From assembly GCA_944390225.1 (NCBI GenBank), contig CALXPB010000002.1, positions 1 through 61,649 on the forward strand: a stretch of 61,649 nucleotides of DNA, in the 5' to 3' direction. Position 1 is the stretch's first letter, and every line of letters begins with the position of its first letter. Shown one piece after another: positions 9,583 through 19,472 of this stretch. The stretch is from an uncultured Alphaproteobacteria bacterium. GTDB lineage: Bacteria > Pseudomonadota > Alphaproteobacteria > Rs-D84. The position numbers and the translations under genes are program-made. The notes beneath the pieces are model-generated. The model made no database searches, was not told where the DNA came from, and worked only from the letters and a program-made list of their open reading frames with translations.

Positions 9583-10545
9583 CTAGCCCATATCGTCTAA
9601 AATACATTTTAATTCGTACATATCTTCCGGCATTTTCACTTTGAAATGCAAATTCTGACCTGTTACAGGATGTCTGAAATCTAATACTTCTGCATGCAAC
9701 ATCTGACCATGATGCGTTCTAAGAAATTCCAATAAATCAGGATTTTTTACGCTTCCCAGACGAACACCGGCGCGACCGTAAACTGTATCACATAAAACAG
9801 GAAATCCGTGCGCCGATAAATGAACCCTTATCTGATGAGTCCGCCCAGTTAATAAATTGCATCTGAACAAAGATATACCTGCACGCGACCAAACATCAGA
9901 AACACTGACCTGAGTATGCGCAGGTTTCCCACCCGTTTTTACCATCGTCATCTTCTGACGGTTTCTGGAAGAACGCGCAATATTACCGGTAATATCCGCC
10001 TCGGTCCAATTTGGTACCCCCCAAACAAAAGCAATATACTTTCTGGTCAAATCATGTTCTGAAAAAGTTTTTACCAAGCCCCTAAATGCCGCATCTGATT
10101 TAGCAAAAACCATAACTCCGCTGGTATCCTTGTCCAGACGATGAACCACCCCAGGACGCGTCGCACCACCAAGATCAGACAATTTTGTATGCGACAAAAC
10201 GTTCTGAACCAAAGTCCCAGTCTTATTCCCCGCCGAAGGATACATAACAACCCCACGCGGTTTATTTATAACGATTATATCATCATCTTCGTATAAAATA
10301 TCCAAATCAAAGTCTGACGATACATTTTCCGACGCGACTTCCGTCTTTCTTTCCGGCACAACGACCGATACTACATCCCCAACATGTAAACGTTGCGAAA
10401 ATTTCGCACTCTCTTCGTTTACCGACACATTAAACTTCTGTATCTCACTGCGCGAAAAACCCCCAAGTCGAGAAACCAAAAATTTATCTAAGCGCAACCC
10501 AGCATCCAAGTCAGAAACAATAAAACCGAATTTATCTTGTGGCAT
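9583..10545 (-). CDS. rluD: RluA-family 23S rRNA pseudouridine synthase RluD
   Basis: S4 domain (RLDKFL...SRSEIQ), INKPRG, RPGVVHRLDKDTSG, TGRTHQIRVH. Start at MPQDK. Confidence 0.92.
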   Translation of the reverse strand: MPQDKFGFIVSDLDAGLRLDKFLVSRLGGFSRSEIQKFNVSVNEESAKFSQRLHVGDVVSVVVPERKTEVASENVSSDFDLDILYEDDDIIVINKPRGVVMYPSAGNKTGTLVQNVLSHTKLSDLGGATRPGVVHRLDKDTSGVMVFAKSDAAFRGLVKTFSEHDLTRKYIAFVWGVPNWTEADITGNIARSSRNRQKMTMVKTGGKPAHTQVSVSDVWSRAGISLFRCNLLTGRTHQIRVHLSAHGFPVLCDTVYGRAGVRLGSVKNPDLLEFLRTHHGQMLHAEVLDFRHPVTGQNLHFKVKMPEDMYELKCILDDMG

Positions 10546-10550
10546 AAAAT

Positions 10551-11081
10551 TTACTTTATATCTTTCCAGTCTTTGCCCTTTTTGCATTCGGACAAATTTA
10601 TGGTTAAATCCCGACCATCGCTTTCAACTGGGCAAGTCAACAACCCAGTACTGACAGCCTGATCCGCATCCCGCGTAGCATTACGCCATGTAAAATTTAT
10701 TTCGCTTGGCGGGTATATGCAGGCTATTCTTAATTCACCGTCATGCTTATTATTCGGCCCCAACCAAACACGAACACCGTAACCCAAACCGTAACAGGGG
10801 AAACCGTCAAGGTAATACAAAACCAACCCTTTACCAACAAGACTGGAAGAAGTTATAAACTTTCCCTTATATTCATGATACGACAAACCTGTTAACCCCT
10901 CCCAGTCGGTACTGGTTGAAAAAATACTTACTCTCGGTTGAGAAGGCTGACTGTTATCCCCAGAATTTCCTGCGTCCTGTCGTGGGGGTCGACTACCACT
11001 ACCCGCATCTTCTGCCGTTGCAGCAAAACAACCAGACGAACACAACATAAAACTGGCAAAAATTGCTAAAAAAAGTTTCAT
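10551..11081 (-). CDS. Secreted hypothetical protein
   Basis: GGGAG SD, signal peptide, disordered linker, small Cys-containing domain. Confidence 0.7.
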   Translation of the reverse strand: MKLFLAIFASFMLCSSGCFAATAEDAGSGSRPPRQDAGNSGDNSQPSQPRVSIFSTSTDWEGLTGLSYHEYKGKFITSSSLVGKGLVLYYLDGFPCYGLGYGVRVWLGPNNKHDGELRIACIYPPSEINFTWRNATRDADQAVSTGLLTCPVESDGRDLTINLSECKKGKDWKDIK

Positions 11082-11090
11082 ATTCTCCCC

Positions 11091-11606
11091 CTATTTCTCC
11101 AATTCTACCGCTATTTTTTTTACGTTCTGCGTAGGTACAGATAAAATATGCGAAAAATTAGCAACACCACCAGAATCTAATAACGTTGCCGGTGGCATAA
11201 ATTTCTGTCTATCAACGACATCGCCTTCTTCATCATAAGATACAATTATTATCCACGGAACACCGTAAATTTGTTCAGACCGATTAATCACACGTCCGTT
11301 TACAGAAAAACGCACAACACCGTCATCACCGGCAACCATATTTATATCACCAATCTCGGCAACCAAAGGTTTCTCTTGAATTGTTTTTATTTGATGTTGC
11401 GTAATAACTGCTACAGCAAAAACTATCGCAGCCAACAACGCACATGCCGCCGCAATAAACGTTAATAAAGAATTCCGTTTCGTCTGCACCCTTGGAACAA
11501 CCCAAGTGTGCCCACAGACCGCGCACTTTACCGGTCCTTTTGGAACAAAATCCAGAGAATATTCTGTCTTGCAAAAATCACAAACTGTTTTCATACGACG
11601 ATTCAT
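11091..11606 (-). CDS. Zinc-ribbon / TM / DUF3426-like protein (ZitP-like)
   Basis: CDFC-x17-CAVCGHTW zinc ribbon, single TM helix, beta-rich periplasmic domain (VNGRVINRS...VPWI). Confidence 0.7.
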   Translation of the reverse strand: MNRRMKTVCDFCKTEYSLDFVPKGPVKCAVCGHTWVVPRVQTKRNSLLTFIAAACALLAAIVFAVAVITQHQIKTIQEKPLVAEIGDINMVAGDDGVVRFSVNGRVINRSEQIYGVPWIIIVSYDEEGDVVDRQKFMPPATLLDSGGVANFSHILSVPTQNVKKIAVELEK

Positions 11607-11614
11607 AGCACATT

Positions 11615-12940
11615 TTACTCCAAATTCAACCTTCTATATTTTGCGGTTACTTTATTCTGTATCTCGCTTATGGCATTCATGTAATCTGATGCGGTTGCGT
11701 TTCTGTTAGAAGATACCGTACCGAATATCTGCCCAGACTCTGTGTTTTTACCGTCTTCCTCGTATACCGCCATAACAGCCATTCGATTTAATTCTTCAAA
11801 TTGAACGTCCAAGAAATTGGCTACACCTAAACCCGCATCCCAAAAATAATTAGGATTTATTGAATCCTCTATTCTGTTATACACAACCAGTCTCGGTGAT
11901 ATAGAGCCTGCAAAACCAACCGTAACGTACATCGCATCTATACGCCCGTTTATCATATCAATTGACTTATTAACTTTTAAAATTACCGGTTCATCTTCTT
12001 CGGTATAGGAAGAAAAACCCCCAAGAGTCATATTATAAACCCATAAATCATCCGTAGTTAAACTAGAAAATTTTGCTGTATCATCTAAACCCAATGTTCC
12101 GGATACGTCCAAAGTTCTTGAATCAGCAGAAAACGTTCCCGAAACAGTTGCACTGCCGACCTCAAAAGAATTATCTATTGTTATTCTATTTTCAAAAATA
12201 GTATCTTTGGCAACGGTCGCCCCCATAGTCAACGTTTCATCAAACTGAGCACCTGCCGCGCTAAAAAACGCGATATTAGTAATATCGTGTCCTCCAAGAT
12301 TCAGACCCGATAACATAGTTGCGTCCGAAGGTGAATCGGATGGGACTCGCCATAAATATAATGCGTTATCTCGGTTAACGGCAGTGGTTTCTATTATACC
12401 GTCAGAGGCGATTACCCCTAGATCTACCGTATCAGCATGCCACGCCCCAAAGGTACCATATGCACGGTTTCCTTCAATAAAACCCATAGAATCCCCCCCC
12501 AGCGCAATAATTTCTCGCGTACGAAGAGGCGATATATCATCAGACTGAAAAACTATAACTCCCTGCAAAGTCGCTTTATTATCAACATCATTAGACTTTA
12601 ATACTCTTAACTGATACTTTCCCGAAGAGTTTTCTACCAAATCTGCCGAAATACCATACTCAACCAAGTCAGATAAATTCACACGCGTAATATTTTTCCC
12701 AACAGTATTTAATAGAACCTCTCTATTTTCCATAATATAACGTTCCAAAGCCGATTGTATATCTTGCATCTGACGCGTTATAACAACATTTTCCGCACGC
12801 ATCACAGCATTTTGCTGATATTTAAATATAAACGGCATGATTATCGCCGCCAAAGCAACGCTCATTAATAACTCTATCAACATACTACCCTGTTGATTTT
12901 CATTTTTCTCTCTAAAAAATCTTTTTCCTAAGAAACTCAT
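11615..12940 (-). CDS. Prepilin-type PilV (shufflon N-terminal)-like minor pilin/adhesin
   Basis: Class III signal QQG|SMLIELLMSVAL; PilV-like YLWRV...MLSGLNLGGHDITN; beta-rich tail. ATGA overlap with upstream gene. Confidence 0.75.
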   Translation of the reverse strand: MSFLGKRFFREKNENQQGSMLIELLMSVALAAIIMPFIFKYQQNAVMRAENVVITRQMQDIQSALERYIMENREVLLNTVGKNITRVNLSDLVEYGISADLVENSSGKYQLRVLKSNDVDNKATLQGVIVFQSDDISPLRTREIIALGGDSMGFIEGNRAYGTFGAWHADTVDLGVIASDGIIETTAVNRDNALYLWRVPSDSPSDATMLSGLNLGGHDITNIAFFSAAGAQFDETLTMGATVAKDTIFENRITIDNSFEVGSATVSGTFSADSRTLDVSGTLGLDDTAKFSSLTTDDLWVYNMTLGGFSSYTEEDEPVILKVNKSIDMINGRIDAMYVTVGFAGSISPRLVVYNRIEDSINPNYFWDAGLGVANFLDVQFEELNRMAVMAVYEEDGKNTESGQIFGTVSSNRNATASDYMNAISEIQNKVTAKYRRLNLE

Positions 12941-14139
12941 TGCATTTCCTTTGGCTTTGCCGACTGCCACCCTTTGGATAATATTACGCTAAACGCTGCT
13001 TTTGATGGAGCGCTGGGTTTCTCAGCGCGCCCCAATTTTAACGACGAAAAACGCGGTGGAGTTAAAGACGGAAACGTCCATGAACCTATCTTTATCGGTG
13101 CAGTCGTAGACATCAACAATTCACCAGATATGGTAAGGCCGAAATTTTCATAAAAAATTATTTCTTCGGTTGATATGTAAGAAGTGTTAACAGAATGCGT
13201 CGTAATACCGGTAAAAGCGCTAATTGTTCTTGCCGTATCAGATTTTAAAGTTAAATTATTTGCAATATTTACAGACTTATTTACCGTTGCACGATCTGTA
13301 ATTATACGTCCACGAGTAGTATAATTATCACCATTTAACGTTTTTGCATATATATTACGGAAACCCGACATATCACCTGTAACACGCAAATTTCTAAAGT
13401 ATGCCGTGTCTCCGTATAAACTTGCACCAGAAGAGAAATAAATTGTATCCGATAGAATACTGCCTGTATCAATAAACGATGTAGATAAATTTTTTATTTC
13501 TGCTGATTTTGCGGTTATACCCCCAACCTTAAAAACGTTTTTTGACCCCATGTTTAAATCGCGCATCATCATATTTAACTTTTCTGTTTCTGTGGCGGTA
13601 CGATGCAAGTATTTCGATTTGTCTTCACCTTCAATATCTCGTGATATACGATATATTAAATTACCCTCTTTAAAATCTGGTGCCGCAACTGCCCAAGTAT
13701 CACCGTATGCGATACCGTCTGGTCCGACCACTGCCGCGTCCATGCCTATATTCTTTGCAATTCGTGATGCGCGCAAGTTTGTTTTATCTAAATCAAAAGA
13801 CAAATATACATCTGTAACAGTTGCACCTTTTACAGAATATTTATCAATAAATCCGGTATCGGGTAACTCAGATATTTCATCAAGTTCTTCATCGGATAAT
13901 TTTATCTGCGCAACATCTGGCCATGTACTTTGGTTTAACCGAACAAAATTTAAAACATCATCGCGCAAAGAAATGATTTTTCGAGCCTCTACCATATCTC
14001 GCAAAGTATCACTTGTTTCTGAAATCTGGCTGTAAAAAAATGGTGTAGCCATAGCAACTATTGCCATCGCCAGCAAGACTTCTAACATACTAGATCCACG
14101 ACAAGAATCTAAAAAATTTTTTTCATTACAAACAACCAC
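12937..14139 (-). CDS. Prepilin-type PilV-like minor pilin/adhesin
   Basis: CRG|SSMLEVLLAMAIV; PilV-like YLHR...LNMMMRDLNMGSKNV. Start uncertain (GTG 14139; see finding). Confidence 0.75.
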   Translation of the reverse strand: MVVCNEKNFLDSCRGSSMLEVLLAMAIVAMATPFFYSQISETSDTLRDMVEARKIISLRDDVLNFVRLNQSTWPDVAQIKLSDEELDEISELPDTGFIDKYSVKGATVTDVYLSFDLDKTNLRASRIAKNIGMDAAVVGPDGIAYGDTWAVAAPDFKEGNLIYRISRDIEGEDKSKYLHRTATETEKLNMMMRDLNMGSKNVFKVGGITAKSAEIKNLSTSFIDTGSILSDTIYFSSGASLYGDTAYFRNLRVTGDMSGFRNIYAKTLNGDNYTTRGRIITDRATVNKSVNIANNLTLKSDTARTISAFTGITTHSVNTSYISTEEIIFYENFGLTISGELLMSTTAPIKIGSWTFPSLTPPRFSSLKLGRAEKPSAPSKAAFSVILSKGWQSAKPKEMQ

Positions 14140-15481
14140 TTTTACCTTCCAATAAACACTGTTTTATATCTATTCTTTTTTCCAACCTCTGCCAAAAAAC
14201 GTACTGACATATAATATACTGAGATAAAGATTTTTGATTATACCGCCCCTCTAAATCATTTATTATAGATTTACAATCAACTGTTTTACCTTCATCTGAA
14301 CTTGGGTTATCGATTATACTAAAAACCCCATTATCAACCGTATCTAATAAAGCATCTGGCAATAAAGATGTTCCGGCAGGTCTTATATCTAAAATCACTG
14401 CACCGGTTTCACCGCTGTTCAACGCATCAGAAGTCTGATCGCGCATCGTAATGTTTGAAGCAGCAATATAACTTGTTTCTATTCCGCTTCGTGTACTATA
14501 TTCCAAATCATACGGATCGATATAAACGTCCTGTCCTCGTGAAGCGTTTATAAAAGAATCTACATCCAATCTTTCAATACTAAAACTTATATTATCAGAG
14601 AAAATATTCCCACCGACGTTCCATTTAATAGGACCATAAAAAGTATTTTTCCCCGCAGTCATTGCAAAATCGTAAACAGATGTTGAAAAAGCCTCAAAAC
14701 TTCCGGCGTCTCCGAAATTAGAAATAGATTTTACATTTGCAGAACCTACTACCAAAGTTCCACGCGTTAAAGACAAAGAAGATTCACCGACAGGACTTTG
14801 GAAAATGGCTTTTTCTGCGGCCATAACCTCTATTGAATTTTTAACTTTTCTTCCATTTTCTTCACCGAATAGTGCCAATGTACCAAATTGCCCAGTTTCA
14901 AATTCACCGCGCCTTGCAAAAACATCACCCGCATTATTAAAAGAATTTCCCCCCATGTCTAATTCCGTCATAAAAGCGTTATTATCTAAGTTTGTTTCAT
15001 TTCTTTTTACTACATCCGAGTAAACATCATTCAAAGCCAAACCCACAATTATGTTTTCACCTTCACTAGTAGCATAAAATCCGATGCGTCGAACAAGTTC
15101 TGCAATCTGAATATCCGTTAAATCGCCGCCTGTAATTTGTAAATATGCGCTAACGCTTGTAGAACTTTTATTTATAACCAAAGAAATATCCTGACCAAAC
15201 GCCGTTGTCGGTACAAACCCCAAAGGCAGACCATAAGGTTCTAATAAATCGGCGAAATTATTTCCAGAAACTATCGTAGTATTATAAGGTAAATCATTTG
15301 CACGTTCACGAATAAATATTCTTGCCGCAGTTTGCGCCACTTCTATCTTCTGCGTAGAAGAATACATCTGAGCATCAATATCTCTGGATGCCAGACGCTG
15401 TGCAAAAAATGGGATGAAAGAAAACATCAAAGCCAAAGCCAGCAATGCTTGTAATAAAAAATTTCCGCTTTGCCTTTGCAC
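14126..15481 (-). CDS. Prepilin-type PilV-like minor pilin with Gln at +5
   Basis: AGGAGG SD + GTG at 15481; QSG|NFLLQALLALAL; LPLGFVPTTAFGQ and FMTELDMGGNSFNN resemble the PilV N-terminal constant region; 4 C-terminal Cys. Confidence 0.75.
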   Translation of the reverse strand: MQRQSGNFLLQALLALALMFSFIPFFAQRLASRDIDAQMYSSTQKIEVAQTAARIFIRERANDLPYNTTIVSGNNFADLLEPYGLPLGFVPTTAFGQDISLVINKSSTSVSAYLQITGGDLTDIQIAELVRRIGFYATSEGENIIVGLALNDVYSDVVKRNETNLDNNAFMTELDMGGNSFNNAGDVFARRGEFETGQFGTLALFGEENGRKVKNSIEVMAAEKAIFQSPVGESSLSLTRGTLVVGSANVKSISNFGDAGSFEAFSTSVYDFAMTAGKNTFYGPIKWNVGGNIFSDNISFSIERLDVDSFINASRGQDVYIDPYDLEYSTRSGIETSYIAASNITMRDQTSDALNSGETGAVILDIRPAGTSLLPDALLDTVDNGVFSIIDNPSSDEGKTVDCKSIINDLEGRYNQKSLSQYIICQYVFWQRLEKRIDIKQCLLEGKSGCL

Positions 15482-15627
15482 GATCTTCCTCCTGCATAAC
15501 GTAATAAAGAATAGCAACTGAAAAAAAATATTGCAATCGCTTTTAAGATACATTATCATTTAATCGTTAAAGAGCGATAACGATGGTAATCGTTATTAAA
15601 TAAATTTCCTATTAACAAAGAAAAAAA

Positions 15628-15960
15628 ATGCAAAACAAAAAAAATCAATCGTCTGTCGGGCTGATGATTCAGCGTTGCCACAAGTGGCGGCAAAAAAGAA
15701 AACAATATATGGACTTGGCGCGTCAAACTTCTGACGAAGTTGAACGTGAACGTTTAATGCAAACTGCGGAACACTATGGGCGCATCGTAAACGAAGAGCA
15801 AGGGAAAATAGATTCCACACGTGATCCAAAGGACAAATCTAACACAATAGAAGAATCGGTTGATAACATTGAAACAAACGATTTTAACGATTCTTCTGAA
15901 ATTTCTGACGCAACAGAAGAAGAAACAACCTTTCCAGATTTCATTACTAACTTAAATTAA
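15628..15960 (+). CDS. DUF4167-like alphaproteobacterial protein
   Basis: YMDLAR...ERERLMQTAEHYGRIV motif followed by an acidic disordered tail. Confidence 0.7.
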   Translation: MQNKKNQSSVGLMIQRCHKWRQKRKQYMDLARQTSDEVERERLMQTAEHYGRIVNEEQGKIDSTRDPKDKSNTIEESVDNIETNDFNDSSEISDATEEETTFPDFITNLN

Positions 15961-16039
15961 AAAAACATGAAACTGTTTGCACTTTAATTGTTGAAATCTG
16001 ACTGCGTTTTGCTATGCTTTTTCCAAAGGAAGTTTTAGC

Positions 16040-17572
16040 ATGGATAATAACTATACAGTTTTAGCAAGAAAATATCGCAGTCAAAATTTTCAATCTCTTA
16101 TCGGTCAAGACGTTTTAGTAAAAACATTGACGACTGCAATCAATACAGGACGTATTGCGCATGCCTATATTTTTACAGGTATTCGTGGAACTGGGAAAAC
16201 CAGTACTGCACGAATTCTGGCAAAGGCGCTAAACTGCTTATCATCTGACGGACCTACTGCTACACCATGCGGTGTATGCGAAAACTGTCGCGCAATTGCA
16301 GCGGGGCAACATATTGACGTTCTGGAAATTGACGCAGCATCTCATACAGGTGTTGATAACATGCGCGACATTTTAGACGCAGCACAATACAGACCTACGA
16401 ATGGAAGATATAAAGTTTATATAATTGACGAAGTTCATATGCTTTCAACCAGTGCATTTAATGCATTACTAAAAACGCTTGAAGAGCCACCTGCACATGT
16501 AATATTCATTTTAGCAACAACAGAAATCAGAAAGGTACCAGTAACAATATTGTCTCGCTGTCAAAGGTTTGATTTGGTTCGCGTTCCTGTTGAAACATTA
16601 AAAAAACATTTTGCTTGGATTGCAGAACAAGAAAAAATAGAACTATCCGATGCGGCAAATGAATTACTTGCGCGTGCGGCAGACGGTTCTGTCCGAGACG
16701 GTCTATCTTTATTAGACCAAGCAATCGCACAAACAAGCGGACATGTTGATGAAAAATCTGTTTTAGACATGCTTAAACGAGCAGATAGAAGTGTCGTTGT
16801 TGACTTTATGAAAATATTATTATCCGGCGATACCGCTAGCGCTTTGGAAAAAGTTGACGAGATTTATACAAACGGTGCCGACCTGTCCATGTTACTTAAC
16901 GATATGATGGAGTGGACACATTGGGCGACCCGCATGCACCCTGCTTTACATGCCAGTGATGCCGTAAATTCACCGTATACAGCCGATCAACGCGAACAAA
17001 TAAAAGGAATCAATTCACGTGTATCATTAAATACTTTATCTCGCATATGGCAGGTAATGGTCGCTTCTGTTCCAGAAATGCAAGCCGCTGGCAATCAGAA
17101 ACAATGTTTTGATATGCTGATAATTCGATTAATACATATTGCAGATATGCCATCAATTCAAGATATGCTAAAACAGAAAGAATCAAAAACTCAGACAGAA
17201 AAAGTCTCTCAGCCTATAAAAGAAAACAACAAGGCGCCTATGATTTCTTCGGCCACAGATTTGGCAAACGAACTACAAAAATCCAAAGAAATTTTATTAT
17301 ATTCTTATTACAGCAGTAATATAGAAATCGTTGAATTCTCAGACGGAAAAATAAAATACTTTGATAGGAAAGGCGACATTGATTTTCAACAAAAATTATG
17401 CGCATGGTTAAATGAAAAAACAGGTAAGCCATGGACTCTGGAACAAGAAAAAGAATCTGTACATACTCAGACTGTTACGGAAAAAAATAAAGAGGAATTA
17501 GAAGCAGATCCGATGGTTGCCAGCGCAATGAGTCTTTTTGAAGACGCAGAAATTGTCGGGGTATCAAAATAA
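16040..17572 (+). CDS. dnaX: DNA polymerase III subunit gamma/tau
   Basis: YTVLARKYR, GIRGTGKT, Zn-binding PCGVCENC, IIDEVHMLS, LLKTLEEPP, SRCQRF. Confidence 0.97.
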   Translation: MDNNYTVLARKYRSQNFQSLIGQDVLVKTLTTAINTGRIAHAYIFTGIRGTGKTSTARILAKALNCLSSDGPTATPCGVCENCRAIAAGQHIDVLEIDAASHTGVDNMRDILDAAQYRPTNGRYKVYIIDEVHMLSTSAFNALLKTLEEPPAHVIFILATTEIRKVPVTILSRCQRFDLVRVPVETLKKHFAWIAEQEKIELSDAANELLARAADGSVRDGLSLLDQAIAQTSGHVDEKSVLDMLKRADRSVVVDFMKILLSGDTASALEKVDEIYTNGADLSMLLNDMMEWTHWATRMHPALHASDAVNSPYTADQREQIKGINSRVSLNTLSRIWQVMVASVPEMQAAGNQKQCFDMLIIRLIHIADMPSIQDMLKQKESKTQTEKVSQPIKENNKAPMISSATDLANELQKSKEILLYSYYSSNIEIVEFSDGKIKYFDRKGDIDFQQKLCAWLNEKTGKPWTLEQEKESVHTQTVTEKNKEELEADPMVASAMSLFEDAEIVGVSK

Positions 17573-17587
17573 AACAAGGATATAAAA

Positions 17588-18049
17588 ATGAAACAAGAGT
17601 CTGGACGTTCCTTAATTGAAATAATAGGTGTTTTGGCTATTGCCGGCGTAATGAGTGCAAGCGCAATTAGTATATACAATGTAATAAGAAATAACCAAGC
17701 CAGAAAAATTGCTTCTATGGAGATGGAAGAAATCGCAAAAAACGCGAAAATTCTGATGGGGGTTCGGGGTAATTATAATGGGATTTCTGTTGATTACCTT
17801 ATTTCTGCCGGTGCTTTAAAAAACAACCAAGCACCTCTTGGTGAATCTAATTGGTCCGTAGAAGCAATAAATAACGGTACCGGATTTTCTATAAATTTAA
17901 CAGGATTATCTTCTGATGAATGTCAATATTTTGCAACTGCGGCACCCAAATGGGCAACGAAAGTGCTAATAAACGGATTTGCAACAGATATAAACACCAG
18001 TTGTTTTTCAACCAAGACAAATAAGGTATCATTTACAATAGAAGAATGA
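17588..18049 (+). CDS. Type IV pilin, PilS-like globular domain
   Basis: MKQESG|RSLIEIIGVLAIAGV class III signal; GFSINLTGLSSDEC and a second Cys form a D-region as in PilS-type pilins. Confidence 0.8.
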   Translation: MKQESGRSLIEIIGVLAIAGVMSASAISIYNVIRNNQARKIASMEMEEIAKNAKILMGVRGNYNGISVDYLISAGALKNNQAPLGESNWSVEAINNGTGFSINLTGLSSDECQYFATAAPKWATKVLINGFATDINTSCFSTKTNKVSFTIEE

Positions 18050-18720
18050 TGAATAAAAAGATATGCTTTTTTATTGTATCTATTTTTCTGCTGGCCGGTT
18101 GCACGACATACCACAGCCCTGATAGAAGAACATGGCCAAATTATTTGCAAGGTGCAAGTTTTACAGATATGACAGAAACAGCTCGTATAGCAAAAACGCC
18201 GGTCTATCTTGGTGCTGGAGGTAGGAGAATTATAGATACAAAAGAAAAAAGAGAATATGGTGATAAAGCAGTAAATGATAATACCATAATTTTAAATTAT
18301 ATGGGTGATCTTGAATATGAATTATACGACTCTCTTAGAAAACCTGGGATTTCTGTACAGCGTGCGGGTACGGACGTGGTAATTATACTTGTTCGTGATG
18401 CAATAATGGAACTTGATGTTGCAGATATATCTGAAACCGGTGCGGATACATTAAAAATAATATCAGACATTCTGAAAAAGAACGACGCAACATTCATAGA
18501 AATTGCCGGTTACACAGATTCTATGAAAAATCAGCAGGCTGCAAAGGCTCTATCATCGGACATGGCACAACGCGTAGGGGTTTTTCTATCTCAGCACGGG
18601 ATAAACACAACTCGTATGTTCATTGTCGGCAGAGGAGCATCCAGACCAATAGCCGCCCAAGATGATATTGGCAGGTTAACAAATAGACGCGTTGAACTTC
18701 GTCTGGTTCCTGCAAGATAA
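18046..18720 (+). CDS. OmpA-family lipoprotein (divergent)
   Basis: Lipobox LLAG|C; OmpA C-like domain IEIAGYTDS...GRGASRPIA...NRRVEL. ATGA overlap with the pilin gene. Confidence 0.85.
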   Translation: MMNKKICFFIVSIFLLAGCTTYHSPDRRTWPNYLQGASFTDMTETARIAKTPVYLGAGGRRIIDTKEKREYGDKAVNDNTIILNYMGDLEYELYDSLRKPGISVQRAGTDVVIILVRDAIMELDVADISETGADTLKIISDILKKNDATFIEIAGYTDSMKNQQAAKALSSDMAQRVGVFLSQHGINTTRMFIVGRGASRPIAAQDDIGRLTNRRVELRLVPAR

Positions 18721-18796
18721 AAAAGACAAGTTTCTCTTTCCATTTCAGAAATTTGTTGCTATACTTTTTTCAAGAACATAAAAAAAAGGGGAAAAC

Positions 18797-19459
18797 ATGG
18801 TAAAAACATCATCTAATTCAGAAACAAAAAAGTATGTAAAAACAGGTATAATTGTGGCAATTGTAATTGCTATTGCGGCCTTGGGTGCTTGGGGCATAAG
18901 TTCTATGCGCTCTGACAGTACGGCATCCGTTGAAGAAGCAATGGAAGTCATAACAACCGATGCAGCAAACGGTGCAGAATTGCGCATTGCAGTCGTTCGT
19001 ATGGACGCAATTCAGAATGAGGCAACCGCTTTACAAGACTTACGTAAACAGAAAGAATCTTATGAATCAAAGTTGCGTGATGAACTAGAAAAAAAACAGA
19101 AAGAATTAGAAAAAGAAAAGACCGAAATTGAAAAATCACAAGATGTACTATCACGTGATGCTTTACAACGTCGCATCGTCGATTATCAAAATAAAGTAAA
19201 CGAATTACAACGTGATTTAACAGAACGCGCACAAAGTATTGAAATTTCTTTCCAGAAAGCACTGAATGAAGTTCAGGCGAAACATTTAGATCCGATAATT
19301 GAGGGTGTAATCGAAAAGAAAAATTTATCCCTAGTAATTGACGGTCGTTTTGCTCGTACAGGTGCAAATGCAGAGAACCTGGACATCACAAACGAAGTAA
19401 TTTCTGCTTTAAATAAAAAGGTATCTAACGTCAAAATGGATACCCCACAAGGCTTTTAA
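18797..19459 (+). CDS. skp: OmpH/Skp periplasmic chaperone
   Basis: RIAVVRMDAI start, long coiled coil, LSLVID...LDITNEVISALN end; lies upstream of lpxD. Confidence 0.85.
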   Translation: MVKTSSNSETKKYVKTGIIVAIVIAIAALGAWGISSMRSDSTASVEEAMEVITTDAANGAELRIAVVRMDAIQNEATALQDLRKQKESYESKLRDELEKKQKELEKEKTEIEKSQDVLSRDALQRRIVDYQNKVNELQRDLTERAQSIEISFQKALNEVQAKHLDPIIEGVIEKKNLSLVIDGRFARTGANAENLDITNEVISALNKKVSNVKMDTPQGF

Positions 19460-19472
19460 TAAAACCTTTCAT

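Noticed and set aside
11615-15481. Shufflon (invertible C-terminal cassettes)
   Set aside because: No tyrosine recombinase, no silent partial ORFs and no repeated sfx-like sites seen.
16040-17572. Programmed frameshift in dnaX giving gamma
   Set aside because: No A AAA AAG slippery site with stimulator and no 9+ A run seen at the domain III/IV boundary.
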